Source: Thermoanaerobaculia bacterium (GTDB lineage Bacteria > Acidobacteriota > Thermoanaerobaculia > UBA5066). Taken from it: 64,000 bases of DNA. The notes below the pieces were generated by a model. That model was given only the letters and a program-made list of their open reading frames with translations. It had not been told where the DNA came from and ran no database searches. A program made the position numbers and the translations under genes. Numbering within the stretch: position 1 is the first letter of the stretch; each line of letters opens with the position of its first letter. This document shows, piece after piece, positions 53,314 through 61,818 of this stretch. The stretch is from NCBI GenBank assembly GCA_963816185.1, contig CAWFJJ010000001.1:256001-320000 (forward strand). The letters run 5' to 3'.

Positions 53314-54209
53314 CGTGAGGGAGGATACGCGCCCGGAAGCTTTCGTGCGCTCCGGAGGACGAGAAGGACGAGAAGAACGGCCAGGGTGACGGTGGAGAGC
53401 GCCGAGCCTTCGGGGCCGAAGGCTCCTCCGCTCAGGGCCGGCAGGCCCGCGCCGTGGATTCCTGTTTCGAGGGCTGGCCTTCCCATCATCATCCCGCTCA
53501 CGGGGAGAGCGAGGGCGGCGAGACTGAAATTCCAGACCGCGTGGAACGCCCACGGGCCGAGGAGGCCGCCGGTGCTCCAATAGAGCCAGCCCAGCAGGGC
53601 GCCCGCAAGACCAATGTTGACGAGCGCGAGGGGCGTCACGTTCGGGTTCATCGCGTGCATCGAGGCGAACGCCCCGGACTGGCCCGCGTTCGCGAGTAGC
53701 CCGCAAAAGAGCCAGCGCCGCGCGGCGGCGCGCTCCCGAAGGGGCTCGCTCATTCCCGAAAGCTTGCCGAAGAGGAGGCGCGCAAGAAGAAGGAGCAGAG
53801 CCGCGAGGAGCGTGAGGAGGAAGGCGCGGAAAAGAAGCTCTTCGGCCAGGCTCTGCAGCACGAAAAAACCGAAGGAGGCGGGAGCCGACGCGAGCGACGG
53901 CGGACCGGGGGCAGGAGCGAACGGCGCGTAGCCGGGGGCTCGAGGCCCGAACGCTCCCAACAGGGCGGCCGGCAGCAGGACCGCCGTCAGGAGGGCCGCG
54001 GCGGCCGCGAGCCCTGAGGCGATCCCGCGCGCGAAAGGCTCGCGTGGCTCGCGGATGGAAGCTCCGAGCCGCGCGAGGAGGCCGAAGCGGAGAACGGCGA
54101 GGCCGGCGAGGCCGAGCGGAAGGGCGAGGAAGAGGCCCGACGCGAGGCGCGCGTCGAGCCAGTTTCCCATCGCCCCCGGCACCGGTGACGCGAGGGCCGC
54201 CAGGATCAC
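53310..54209 (-). CDS. CPBP/CAAX-family intramembrane metalloprotease
   Basis: EELLFR, FASMH, HAVWN, GGAFGPEGS. Confidence 0.85.
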   Translation of the reverse strand: MILAALASPVPGAMGNWLDARLASGLFLALPLGLAGLAVLRFGLLARLGASIREPREPFARGIASGLAAAAALLTAVLLPAALLGAFGPRAPGYAPFAPAPGPPSLASAPASFGFFVLQSLAEELLFRAFLLTLLAALLLLLARLLFGKLSGMSEPLRERAAARRWLFCGLLANAGQSGAFASMHAMNPNVTPLALVNIGLAGALLGWLYWSTGGLLGPWAFHAVWNFSLAALALPVSGMMMGRPALETGIHGAGLPALSGGAFGPEGSALSTVTLAVLLVLLVLRSARKLPGAYPPSR

Positions 54210-54801
54210 TTCTTGGCGGGCGCTCCGGCCGGCTTCTTCTCCATCTCCTCTTTCATCCTCTTCTGCTGCTCGGCCGTCCACGGCGGGACGATGCCGTTCA
54301 TGCGCGCGTACGCGATGGACTGGCCGAGGTGCTCGTGCTCGTGATTCGCGGCCAGGAGAAGGACTCCCCGCACGGTCGAGTCGCTTCCGAAAAACTTCTC
54401 GGGCTTGTCGAGGTCCGCGTCGGAGAGCGAGGCGATCCCGGCGCGCACGTGCTCGAAGGACTTCTTGAGCTCGTCGATCACCTTCGATTTCTCCGTGACG
54501 TTCTTCTCCATGTCCTTGTCCAGGCCCGCGGGGGCCTTGATGCCCGCTAAACCCAGGATGAAATAGTTCGAGCCCGCGATGTGGGTGTAGACCTCGCTGA
54601 TCGAACGCACGCCCGGAGCGGGCCGCCAGCCGAACTTGTCGGCGGGCGTCGCCTCGGCGAGGCTGAGGAGCTGCTTCTCGATGTGCGCCTGCTGGGCCAG
54701 GAATTCGGCGCGGAAGCCTTTGGTCGGCGCCTGGCGCGCGCGGCAGGAGCGGCGAGGAGAGCAACGGCGAGCGAGCACGGGATGAGGTGGCCGGTTTTCA
54801 T
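54206..54801 (-). CDS. DinB-family protein with signal peptide, frameshift near 54740
   Basis: WRPAPGVRSISEVYTHIA, HEHEHLGQSIAYARMNGIVPPW. Confidence 0.82.
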
Positions 54802-54879
54802 GAAACGTCCTCCTTTCGAATTCGGTGGGCGCATCTTATCCGGCCTGCGTAGAATCCGATCGATTCCGGAGGAAATGAA

Positions 54880-55749
54880 ATGAAAAACACGCTCCGCCCC
54901 GCCCTCCTCGCCGTCCTCGCCGCCGCCGCGCCCGCGCTGGCGCAGCTCGTGACGCCGGCTCCCAGCCCGAACGCCACGATCTCGCAGACGATCGGCGTCA
55001 CGAAGGTCGAGGTCGCCTACAGCCGGCCGCACGTGAAGGGCCCGACGCGCAAGGAAGAGCGCGTGATCTGGGGCTCTCTCGTGCCGTACGACAAGGTCTG
55101 GCGGACCGGCGCGAACGCGGTCACGAAAATCACGCTCGACGGCGACGTGGAGGTCGAAGGGCAGAAGCTCGCGGCGGGGGCCTACGGTCTCTTCACGATT
55201 CCGGGCAAGTCGGACTGGACGATCATCTTCAACAAGCAGGCGACGGGCTCGCCGTTCGACTACAGCGCCGACAAGGACGTCCTGCGCGTGAAGGTGAAAC
55301 CCGAGGCTGCCGGGATGCACGAGCAGTTCACGATCGACTTCCCGCTCGTGAGCGCGGACGCCGCGACGCTCGCCCTCGTGTGGGAGAAGCTCGAGGTTCC
55401 GGTGCATCTCACCGTCGATACGAAGGGGCAGTTCCTCGCGAAAGCAAAGGAAGCCGTCGCGAAGGCGAAGGCCGACGACTGGCGGACGCCGCTCACCGCG
55501 GCGCGCTACCTCTACGACAACAAGTACGCCCTCACGGACGCTTTCGCATTCCTCGACAAGTCGCTCGCGATCAAGGAAACTTTCGCGAATCTTTCCCTGA
55601 GGGCGAACGTACTGGGCGACATCGGGAAGAAGAAGGACGCGGTCGTGGTTGCCGAGAAGGCGATCGCTCTGGGCAAGGCTGCCGAGCAGAAGCCCTCGCC
55701 CGAGGCGCTCGCCGCCCTGGAGAAGAAGATCGCGGAATGGAAGAAATAG
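54880..55749 (+). CDS. DUF2911-domain secreted protein with TPR-like tail
   Basis: PSP, YSRP, LVPYDKVWRTGAN, GAYGLFTIP. Confidence 0.85.
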   Translation: MKNTLRPALLAVLAAAAPALAQLVTPAPSPNATISQTIGVTKVEVAYSRPHVKGPTRKEERVIWGSLVPYDKVWRTGANAVTKITLDGDVEVEGQKLAAGAYGLFTIPGKSDWTIIFNKQATGSPFDYSADKDVLRVKVKPEAAGMHEQFTIDFPLVSADAATLALVWEKLEVPVHLTVDTKGQFLAKAKEAVAKAKADDWRTPLTAARYLYDNKYALTDAFAFLDKSLAIKETFANLSLRANVLGDIGKKKDAVVVAEKAIALGKAAEQKPSPEALAALEKKIAEWKK

Positions 55750-55758
55750 GGAGGGTTC

Positions 55759-58435
55759 TCAGCGCGCCGGCGGGGACGGAACCGTCGCTTTGAGCCGCAC
55801 CCCCGCCCCCGCTGAGACGAGGTTCACGAAGAAGCGGTACGCGCCGGGGACGCCGGCCGGAAGCTGGCGGAAGAAGGCGTATCCGGTATAGACGAACGCT
55901 CCTTTCCCATACCTTGCGAACAGGACGCCGCCGGGCTTGTCGTTCTCGCCCGGATCGTGCGTCTCGATCACCGTCTCGTATCGGGGGTCCCAGGTTCCGG
56001 GGAAGTAGAGGCCGCGCTCCTGCACCCACCCGTCGAAGTCGGCCGCCGTCAGCCTGTTGGGAAAGACGAGGAGGGAGCTCGAGGGATTCAGGAATTTCAC
56101 GGGAGCTTCCTCGACGGTGACGCGGTCTCGAGAGATCTTGAAGGGGTACGGCCCGAGCTGCTCCGTGACGAGGTCTCCTCCCAGAGTGTTGTACTGCGCC
56201 ACGAGCGTGCCGCCCTTCTCGACGTAGTCGAGGAGCCGCGACTCGGCCAGCTTCAGGCGCGGGCGCGTGTTGTAGGCGCGGATCCCCGTCACGATCGCGG
56301 CGTAGCGCGAGAGGTCGCCGTTCTCGAGCTCGTCGTCCGAGAGGAGCGTCACCGTGTAGCCCATCTGGCGGAGCGCGTCGGGGACCTCGTCGCCCGAGCC
56401 CATGACGTAGCCGACCGGAGCCTGGGGCGCCTTCACGTCGAGGCGCAGAACCTTCGCTTCGGCGGGGGGGAACAGGGTCTGAAGAGGGATGTGCGGGTAG
56501 TCGACGTGGACGAGGCCGCGCGAATAGACCTTCCCGCCCACGACGGCTTCGGCCGTGAGCGTGGCCGCGGACGCCCCGGCCGGCGGGGTCACGGTGAACA
56601 CGACCGGCTTCTCCTCGCCGCGGCCCGTGAACGCGAACAGCACCTCGGCGGGCGACGCCGAGAACCCCGCCTCCGTCTTCAGGCGCAGGCCGCCCGAGAC
56701 AGCGGCGCCGCTCGTGAGCGTGACGCGCACCTTCTTCGGTTTCTCGGTAGGGAACGCGTAGACCTTCTCGTCGAGCGTGGCCATGACCGGCGGCGTGATG
56801 ACGAATGGCTCGTAGATCTCTCCCTTGACCCGGTCCGTGCGACGAAAGACGACGGGCGCCTCGAACGGGATTGCGACCCCGTCGACGCGCACCGTGAAGC
56901 GCGCGACGAGCGGCGCCGGATTCTCCGGCAGGCCGATGAGCGCCGGGTCTTTCACCGTGAAGAGGCCCTTTCCGGGCCGCTCCCTGAGCCAGTACGGCTG
57001 CGTCGTCTCGACGTCGCCGGGGAGCGTCAGCGCGATCTCGCGGCGCAGCGGCTCGTTCTGCGCGAGGGCGCCGCCCTGTCCCGGCGCCCGGGCGTACGTC
57101 ACCGAGACCGACTCGAGCGACGCCTGCCGTGGCGAGCGGTTCAGGATCATCGTGGCGACCTTCACGCTCGCGCCCGGCGCGGCGGAGGGCTCGCTCGCGA
57201 CTGCTTCGACCCAGATGCCGAGGCACGCGCGGATCGCGTCGGCGATGTCGCGGCGCTTCCGCGCCAGGAGAGGATCCATTTGCTTCGGACCCGTGCTTTG
57301 TCCTGCTGACGGTTGCGCAGGGGGAGAAGAAGAGGAAGACGAAGATCTCTTAGAAGGGGAAGAGGGAAGACCCGCTCCGCTCTTGTCGGCGGCGGCGCGG
57401 TCGACGAGCGCGTAGGCGGCGGCGAGGTCCGCCACCGAGGCCTCGGGATGCAGCGGCTGGAATCCCTCTTCCGCCTTTCTAAGCAATTTCTGAATCTCTT
57501 CTCCTCCTGGTCCCATCCTCTTCCACGACAGATCGATGCCCTCGAAGAGATCCTTTTCCGCCGGCGCGCCTGCGACGACCTTGAAGTCGTTCAGCCAGGT
57601 GCCGCGGCGCTCGGCCGAGCCGAAGCCCTGGCTCTTGTGCATGGACCGGCTCAGCGCGGCGATCTCCGTGTACGAGCGCCCCAGAAGCGCGTTGTAGGCG
57701 CCGAGGTCCGCCGTGATCTGCCCCGGCGCGTCCTTGCGCGGCGAGTCGCTGCCGAAACGGAAGACGTTCCAGAGAAGCCGCTTCGGCTGCCACGGCGTCA
57801 GCGTGTCGAGCTGCTCGGGGAATCGCGACGGGTCGCCCGCGGCCTTGAACGCCTCCACGGCCAGGATCGCCGAGGCCGTGTGGTGGCCGTGGCCGCCCTC
57901 GCCGGTCGTCGGGAAGCGCGTGACGATCACGTCCGGGCCGGAACGTGCGGATGACGCGGACGGTGTCCGCGAGCACCTGCTCCTTCCCCCAGATCCGGAG
58001 CGTCTCCTCCGGGCCTTTCGAATAGCCGAAGTCGACCGCGCGGGAGAAGAATTGCTTGGCGCCGTCCAGGCGGCGTGCCGCGAGGAGCTCCTGCGTGCGC
58101 AGGACGCCCATGAGCTCGCCCGACTCGGTGCCGATGAGGTTCTGGCCTCCGTCGCCGCGCGTCATCGACAGGTAGCCCGCGTCCACGAGCTTCTCGCGCG
58201 AGGCCCACGCGAGGAACGCCGTGTTCTCGTCGTCCGGGTGGGCCGCGACGTAGAGCACGCCGCCGACGACGTTCAGCTTCGCGAGCGCGAGCCGGATCTC
58301 GGCGGCATTCGGCGTCTCGGTGGGCATCGCGGCGCGCCGCACGGGCACGTCGGTCGCGGACACCGCGAAAGCCGCGAGGAGCGCGAGGACGAGGAGGACG
58401 GCGGCCGGACGGCGGGAAAGGAGGCGTGGCGTCAT
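55759..58435 (-). CDS. PIG-L/LmbE-family deacetylase with C-terminal GATase-like domain, frameshift near 57935
   Basis: AAHPDDE, TRGDGGQN, DFGYSK, HGHH, SMHKSQGFG, RVTVE, WVQERG, FRQLPAGVPGAYR. Confidence 0.88.
57321..57525. repeat. Purine-tract inverted pair, locus F (inside PIG-L gene)
   Basis: CTTAGAAGGGGAAGAGGGA (57349-57367) versus TCCCTCTTCCGCCTTTCTAAG (57463-57483). Confidence 0.72.
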
Positions 58436-58468
58436 GCGGGGATTGTAGGGGCAGGAGCCGGGATCGAG

Positions 58469-59800
58469 TCAGTCCGACGCGGCCTTTCCGAACGTCTCCC
58501 TGATCGCGAGCGTGAGGACACACGCGAGGAGGAGCATGCCGAGGTTCACGAGGAACGCGGCGCGATATCCCGCGACCGGATAGCGCCGTGCGCCGCCCTC
58601 GAGGACGCCGAGCCAGTGCGCATCGAGAATGCGGCCGAGGACGTTCTGCGTCAGCGCCGCTCCCAGAAAGCCGCCGGCGTTTACCGTGGCCGTCGCGATG
58701 CCGCTGAACCTCGGCGGGTTCACCTCGCGCGCGAGGGCCCACGTGAGCGTGAAACAGCTCGTCGCGAGACCCAGGAGGAAGCAGAGCGGCCCGAGCAGGG
58801 CGCGGGGCGGCCCCGCGGAGGGAACCGAGATGCAGGCCCACACGGCCGCGTAGGCGAGCGTGAACAGAATGTAGGGGAGGCGCCGCGCCCGGAAGACCTT
58901 GTCGGAAAGGAAGCCGGCCGCGGGCGCGCCGAGAATGACGCCGATACCGACGAGGGACACGATCCCGGCGGCCTCCTTCGGCGTCATCCCGTAGACGTCC
59001 CGCATCCACGGGACGGCCCAGAGGCCGGAGAAGGAAAGATACGTCCCGTACTGGCAGAAGAAGACGGCGAACATCGGCCACGTCTTTCGGTTGCCGAATA
59101 CGGTGCGATAGCCTTCCGCCACCGAAACGCGGGGGACGACGCCGCGCGGCATGGGCGGCGGGAAGCCCGCGTCCTCGGGCCGATCTTTGACCAGGGCGAG
59201 GCAGAGGCCCGCGAGGACGAGCGAAAGCACGGCCACTCCGCCGAACGTCGCGCGCCAGCCGAGGACGGCGACGACGAGCGCCAGCGGCGCCGCCGCGAGG
59301 AGGCCGCCGAGGTTTCCGGCGACCTGCGTGAGGCCAGACCACGTGCCGAACTCGTCCGGCCTCCACCACGCGCCCACCTGCTTGAGCATTCCGATGAACA
59401 CGACGGAAGCGCCCGCGCCCACGACGAGGCGCGCTCCGTACGCGACGGGCAGGATGTGCGCGGCCGCGAAGGTCGATCCGCCCGCCGCCATCATGACCGC
59501 GCCCGCCGCCACGGCGCGCCGGGGCCCCCACGCGTCCACGGCGGCGCCCACGACGAACTGCATCACGGCGAATGCGTAGAGGTACAGCGCGGCCATCGTC
59601 GCGACCTCGACTCCGGTCGCCGCAAAGCTCGCCATGAGGTCCTTCGCGAGGACGGCGGGCGCGATGCGGTGGAAGTACGAGACGACGTACACGAGCGCGA
59701 GAACACCCCAGATGCGCAGCCGGACGGCGGAGAACGTGTTCATGAAGAACCGGCAACGGGGGACGCCGCCCGTCACACCGGCGGACGCTTCCGGTGCCAC
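58469..59800 (-). CDS. MFS transporter
   Basis: YFHRIAP, GAAVDAWGPRR, GFLSDK, about 12 TM segments; start may be 59743. Confidence 0.88.
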   Translation of the reverse strand: MAPEASAGVTGGVPRCRFFMNTFSAVRLRIWGVLALVYVVSYFHRIAPAVLAKDLMASFAATGVEVATMAALYLYAFAVMQFVVGAAVDAWGPRRAVAAGAVMMAAGGSTFAAAHILPVAYGARLVVGAGASVVFIGMLKQVGAWWRPDEFGTWSGLTQVAGNLGGLLAAAPLALVVAVLGWRATFGGVAVLSLVLAGLCLALVKDRPEDAGFPPPMPRGVVPRVSVAEGYRTVFGNRKTWPMFAVFFCQYGTYLSFSGLWAVPWMRDVYGMTPKEAAGIVSLVGIGVILGAPAAGFLSDKVFRARRLPYILFTLAYAAVWACISVPSAGPPRALLGPLCFLLGLATSCFTLTWALAREVNPPRFSGIATATVNAGGFLGAALTQNVLGRILDAHWLGVLEGGARRYPVAGYRAAFLVNLGMLLLACVLTLAIRETFGKAASD

Positions 59801-61185
59801 TCCGTGCGCGACTGGTAGGCGATTCCGAGAGCGACGAGCGTCTCGTCCGAGAAGGCGCGGCCCGTGAACTGGAAGGCCGTGGGAAGACCGTTCTCGCCGA
59901 ACCCGTTCGGCACGGAGAGCGCGGGCTGGCCCACCAGGTTGCCCGCCGGAATGACCGCGGGTCCGCCGCCGAACCCGGGGTACACGTTGTCGAAGTCCGG
60001 GCCGATCGGGTAGGCGACGGTGGCCCTCGTAGGCGAGACGAGCGCGTCGAACTTCGCATAGAGCGCGTCCAGGGCCTTCTTCATCGGCGCGCGCAGGCGC
60101 AGCGCCTGGATGTAGTCCACGGCGAGCACCATGGACGCCGCGTAGCCGCCCCAGCGGTCGTTCGGGACCTTGAGGTCCTTGACGCGTCCGCTCTCGATGA
60201 GGTCGCGGAAAGCGCTCGCGCCCTCGGCCGCGACGATCGTGCCGACGGCCGGGCCGTACGGGAGCTCGGGAAATGCGACGTCGGGCACGATCTCGCAGAA
60301 GCCCCCGAGGACTTTCAGGGCCTCCTCGAAGTTCTTCCGCACCTCGGGCTGGACCTTGTCATAGGTGCCTTTGATGACGCCGATCCGGAAACGGCGGCTC
60401 TTTCCCCGCACTGCTCGTCGCGGCGTGAACACCCGCGCGACAGACGTCGGATCATCCGGATCGCGCCCCGCGATCGCGGCCATGACGAAGCCGCAGTCCT
60501 CGGCCGAGCGGCACATCGGGCCGAGCTTGTCGAGCGTCCAGCAGAGTGCCATGGCCCCGTGCCGGCTCACGCGGCCGTACGTCGGCCTGAGGCCCGTCAC
60601 GCCCGAGAACGCGGCCGGCGTGACGATCGAGCCCGACGTCTCGGACCCGATCGAGAACCCGACGAGGCCGGCGGCCGTCGCGGCGCCGGGCCCCGAGGAC
60701 GAGCCGCCCGACCAGAAGTTCGTGTTCCAGGGCGAGCGGCCGGGTCCCGTGAACGACGCATCCGCGTTGTTGTAGCCGAGGCCGCCCGCGAGCTCGACCA
60801 TCGCGAGCTTTCCGACGAGAACGGCGCCCGCCTCGTGCAGCCTCTTGACGACGGTCGCGTCTTCCTCGAAGACCTGAGCGCGATACGGCTCGGCGCCCCA
60901 CGTCGTGGGGATGTCCTTCGTCGCGAGAAGATCCTTCACGCCGTAAGGCACTCCGTGGAGCTCTCCGCGCCACTTTCCGGCCGCGATCTCCGCCTCGGCT
61001 GCCTTCGCCTCGGCGAGCGCGCGGTCGCGCGTGATCGTCACGACGGCCCCGTATTTCGGCCCGAGGCGCTCGAGCCTCTCGAGGGCGCCCTCCGCGAGCG
61101 CGACGGGCGAGATTTCTCTCGCCTTGAGCTTTTTCGAGAGTTCTGCGACGGAAAGGAAGAAGGTGTCTTCGCCGAGCGGGGCCAT
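59773..61185 (-). CDS. Amidase-signature enzyme (GatA/AtzE-like)
   Basis: LHGVPYGVKD, GGSSSG, GSETSGSI, GLRPTYG. Confidence 0.9.
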   Translation of the reverse strand: MAPLGEDTFFLSVAELSKKLKAREISPVALAEGALERLERLGPKYGAVVTITRDRALAEAKAAEAEIAAGKWRGELHGVPYGVKDLLATKDIPTTWGAEPYRAQVFEEDATVVKRLHEAGAVLVGKLAMVELAGGLGYNNADASFTGPGRSPWNTNFWSGGSSSGPGAATAAGLVGFSIGSETSGSIVTPAAFSGVTGLRPTYGRVSRHGAMALCWTLDKLGPMCRSAEDCGFVMAAIAGRDPDDPTSVARVFTPRRAVRGKSRRFRIGVIKGTYDKVQPEVRKNFEEALKVLGGFCEIVPDVAFPELPYGPAVGTIVAAEGASAFRDLIESGRVKDLKVPNDRWGGYAASMVLAVDYIQALRLRAPMKKALDALYAKFDALVSPTRATVAYPIGPDFDNVYPGFGGGPAVIPAGNLVGQPALSVPNGFGENGLPTAFQFTGRAFSDETLVALGIAYQSRTEWHRKRPPV

Positions 61186-61556
61186 CAGCGGCCTCCCGGA
61201 ATTTCCGCGAAGAAGACGACGTCCGGCTCGTCGGCGTTCGTGAGCGGAACCTTCTTCATCGCCTCGGCGCCGCGGAGGCGGCCGTCCAGCGCCTTCGCGA
61301 TCTCTGAGAGCTGCTGGCCGGATAAGTTCTTGCCCCAGCGAATGCGTACGACTTCCGTCAGAGCCTCGGCGGCCGAGGACGGGGCTTCGGGCGTCGGAAC
61401 GGGCGCCGGAACGGGTGTCGGCGCAGTCGCGGGAGACGGCGAGGGCGCCGCCTGGCCGAAGGCGGTCGCGGCTCCGGCGAGAGCGGGGGCGGCGGCGGCG
61501 AGCGCGAGGCTCTTCGCGAAGAAACGGCGCGAGGGCGAGGAGATCGGGTCGGACAT
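61185..61556 (-). CDS. Small Tat-signal protein, GatC/AtzG-like amidase partner
   Basis: SRRFF Tat motif, Pro-rich linker, C-terminal PLTNADEPDVVF; TGATG coupling to the amidase. Confidence 0.7.
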   Translation of the reverse strand: MSDPISSPSRRFFAKSLALAAAAPALAGAATAFGQAAPSPSPATAPTPVPAPVPTPEAPSSAAEALTEVVRIRWGKNLSGQQLSEIAKALDGRLRGAEAMKKVPLTNADEPDVVFFAEIPGGR

Positions 61557-61597
61557 TTGTCGCCTCCGTCAAAGTTCCCGTTTCGTTCGAATCTATC

Positions 61598-61626
61598 TTG
61601 ATTCCGCGCGCGCCGCTCCCCATAAT
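61598..61626 (+). promoter_or_regulatory. Sigma70-type promoter of the gltB leader
   Basis: TTGATT (61598-61603), 17-bp spacer, CATAAT (61621-61626). Confidence 0.7.
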
Positions 61627-61635
61627 TCCGTCGCG

Positions 61636-61746
61636 ATGGCAAAGACCTCGGCGATCACCACGAAGACCACGAAGAACGTGGGCGGGGCCGTCATTGGCCT
61701 CGTCCTTACCGAGCGTGCCACTCCGGGGAGCGGGCGAGGGGATTAG
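61636..61746 (+). CDS. Putative attenuator leader peptide (36 aa)
   Basis: MAKTSAITTKTTKNVGGAVIGLVLTERATPGSGRGD*; its 3' end contains the antiterminator strand. Confidence 0.65.
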   Translation: MAKTSAITTKTTKNVGGAVIGLVLTERATPGSGRGD

Positions 61747-61769
61747 GTACACGGTCACACGGAAATCCC

Positions 61770-61801
61770 AAGGCCCGCTCCCACGAGGGAGCGGGCTTTT
61801 T
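61770..61801 (+). terminator. Intrinsic terminator (attenuator) upstream of gltB
   Basis: GCCCGCTCCC-ACGA-GGGAGCGGGC followed by TTTTT. Confidence 0.85.
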
Positions 61802-61818
61802 CGTTGTGGAGGAAGCAC

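Noticed and set aside
16118-57525. Motif as eukaryotic STAT/heat-shock element or as a classical IS/MITE terminal repeat
   Set aside because: The TTC-N3-GAA resemblance has no support in a bacterial context; interiors are non-homologous host sequence and no target-site duplications were seen
4220-57940. Programmed ribosomal frameshifting at the broken genes
   Set aside because: No common slippery heptamer or stimulatory structure; these families are not known to be recoded; sequencing error is simpler
59773-61556. gatCA of the tRNA-dependent amidotransferase
   Set aside because: No gatB adjacent, the small subunit has a Tat signal, and the amidase has GSETSGSI rather than the GSDTGGSIRQPA typical of GatA
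61636-61801. T-box or metabolite riboswitch upstream of gltB
   Set aside because: No T-box consensus or recognisable aptamer; leader ORF plus antiterminator explains the region
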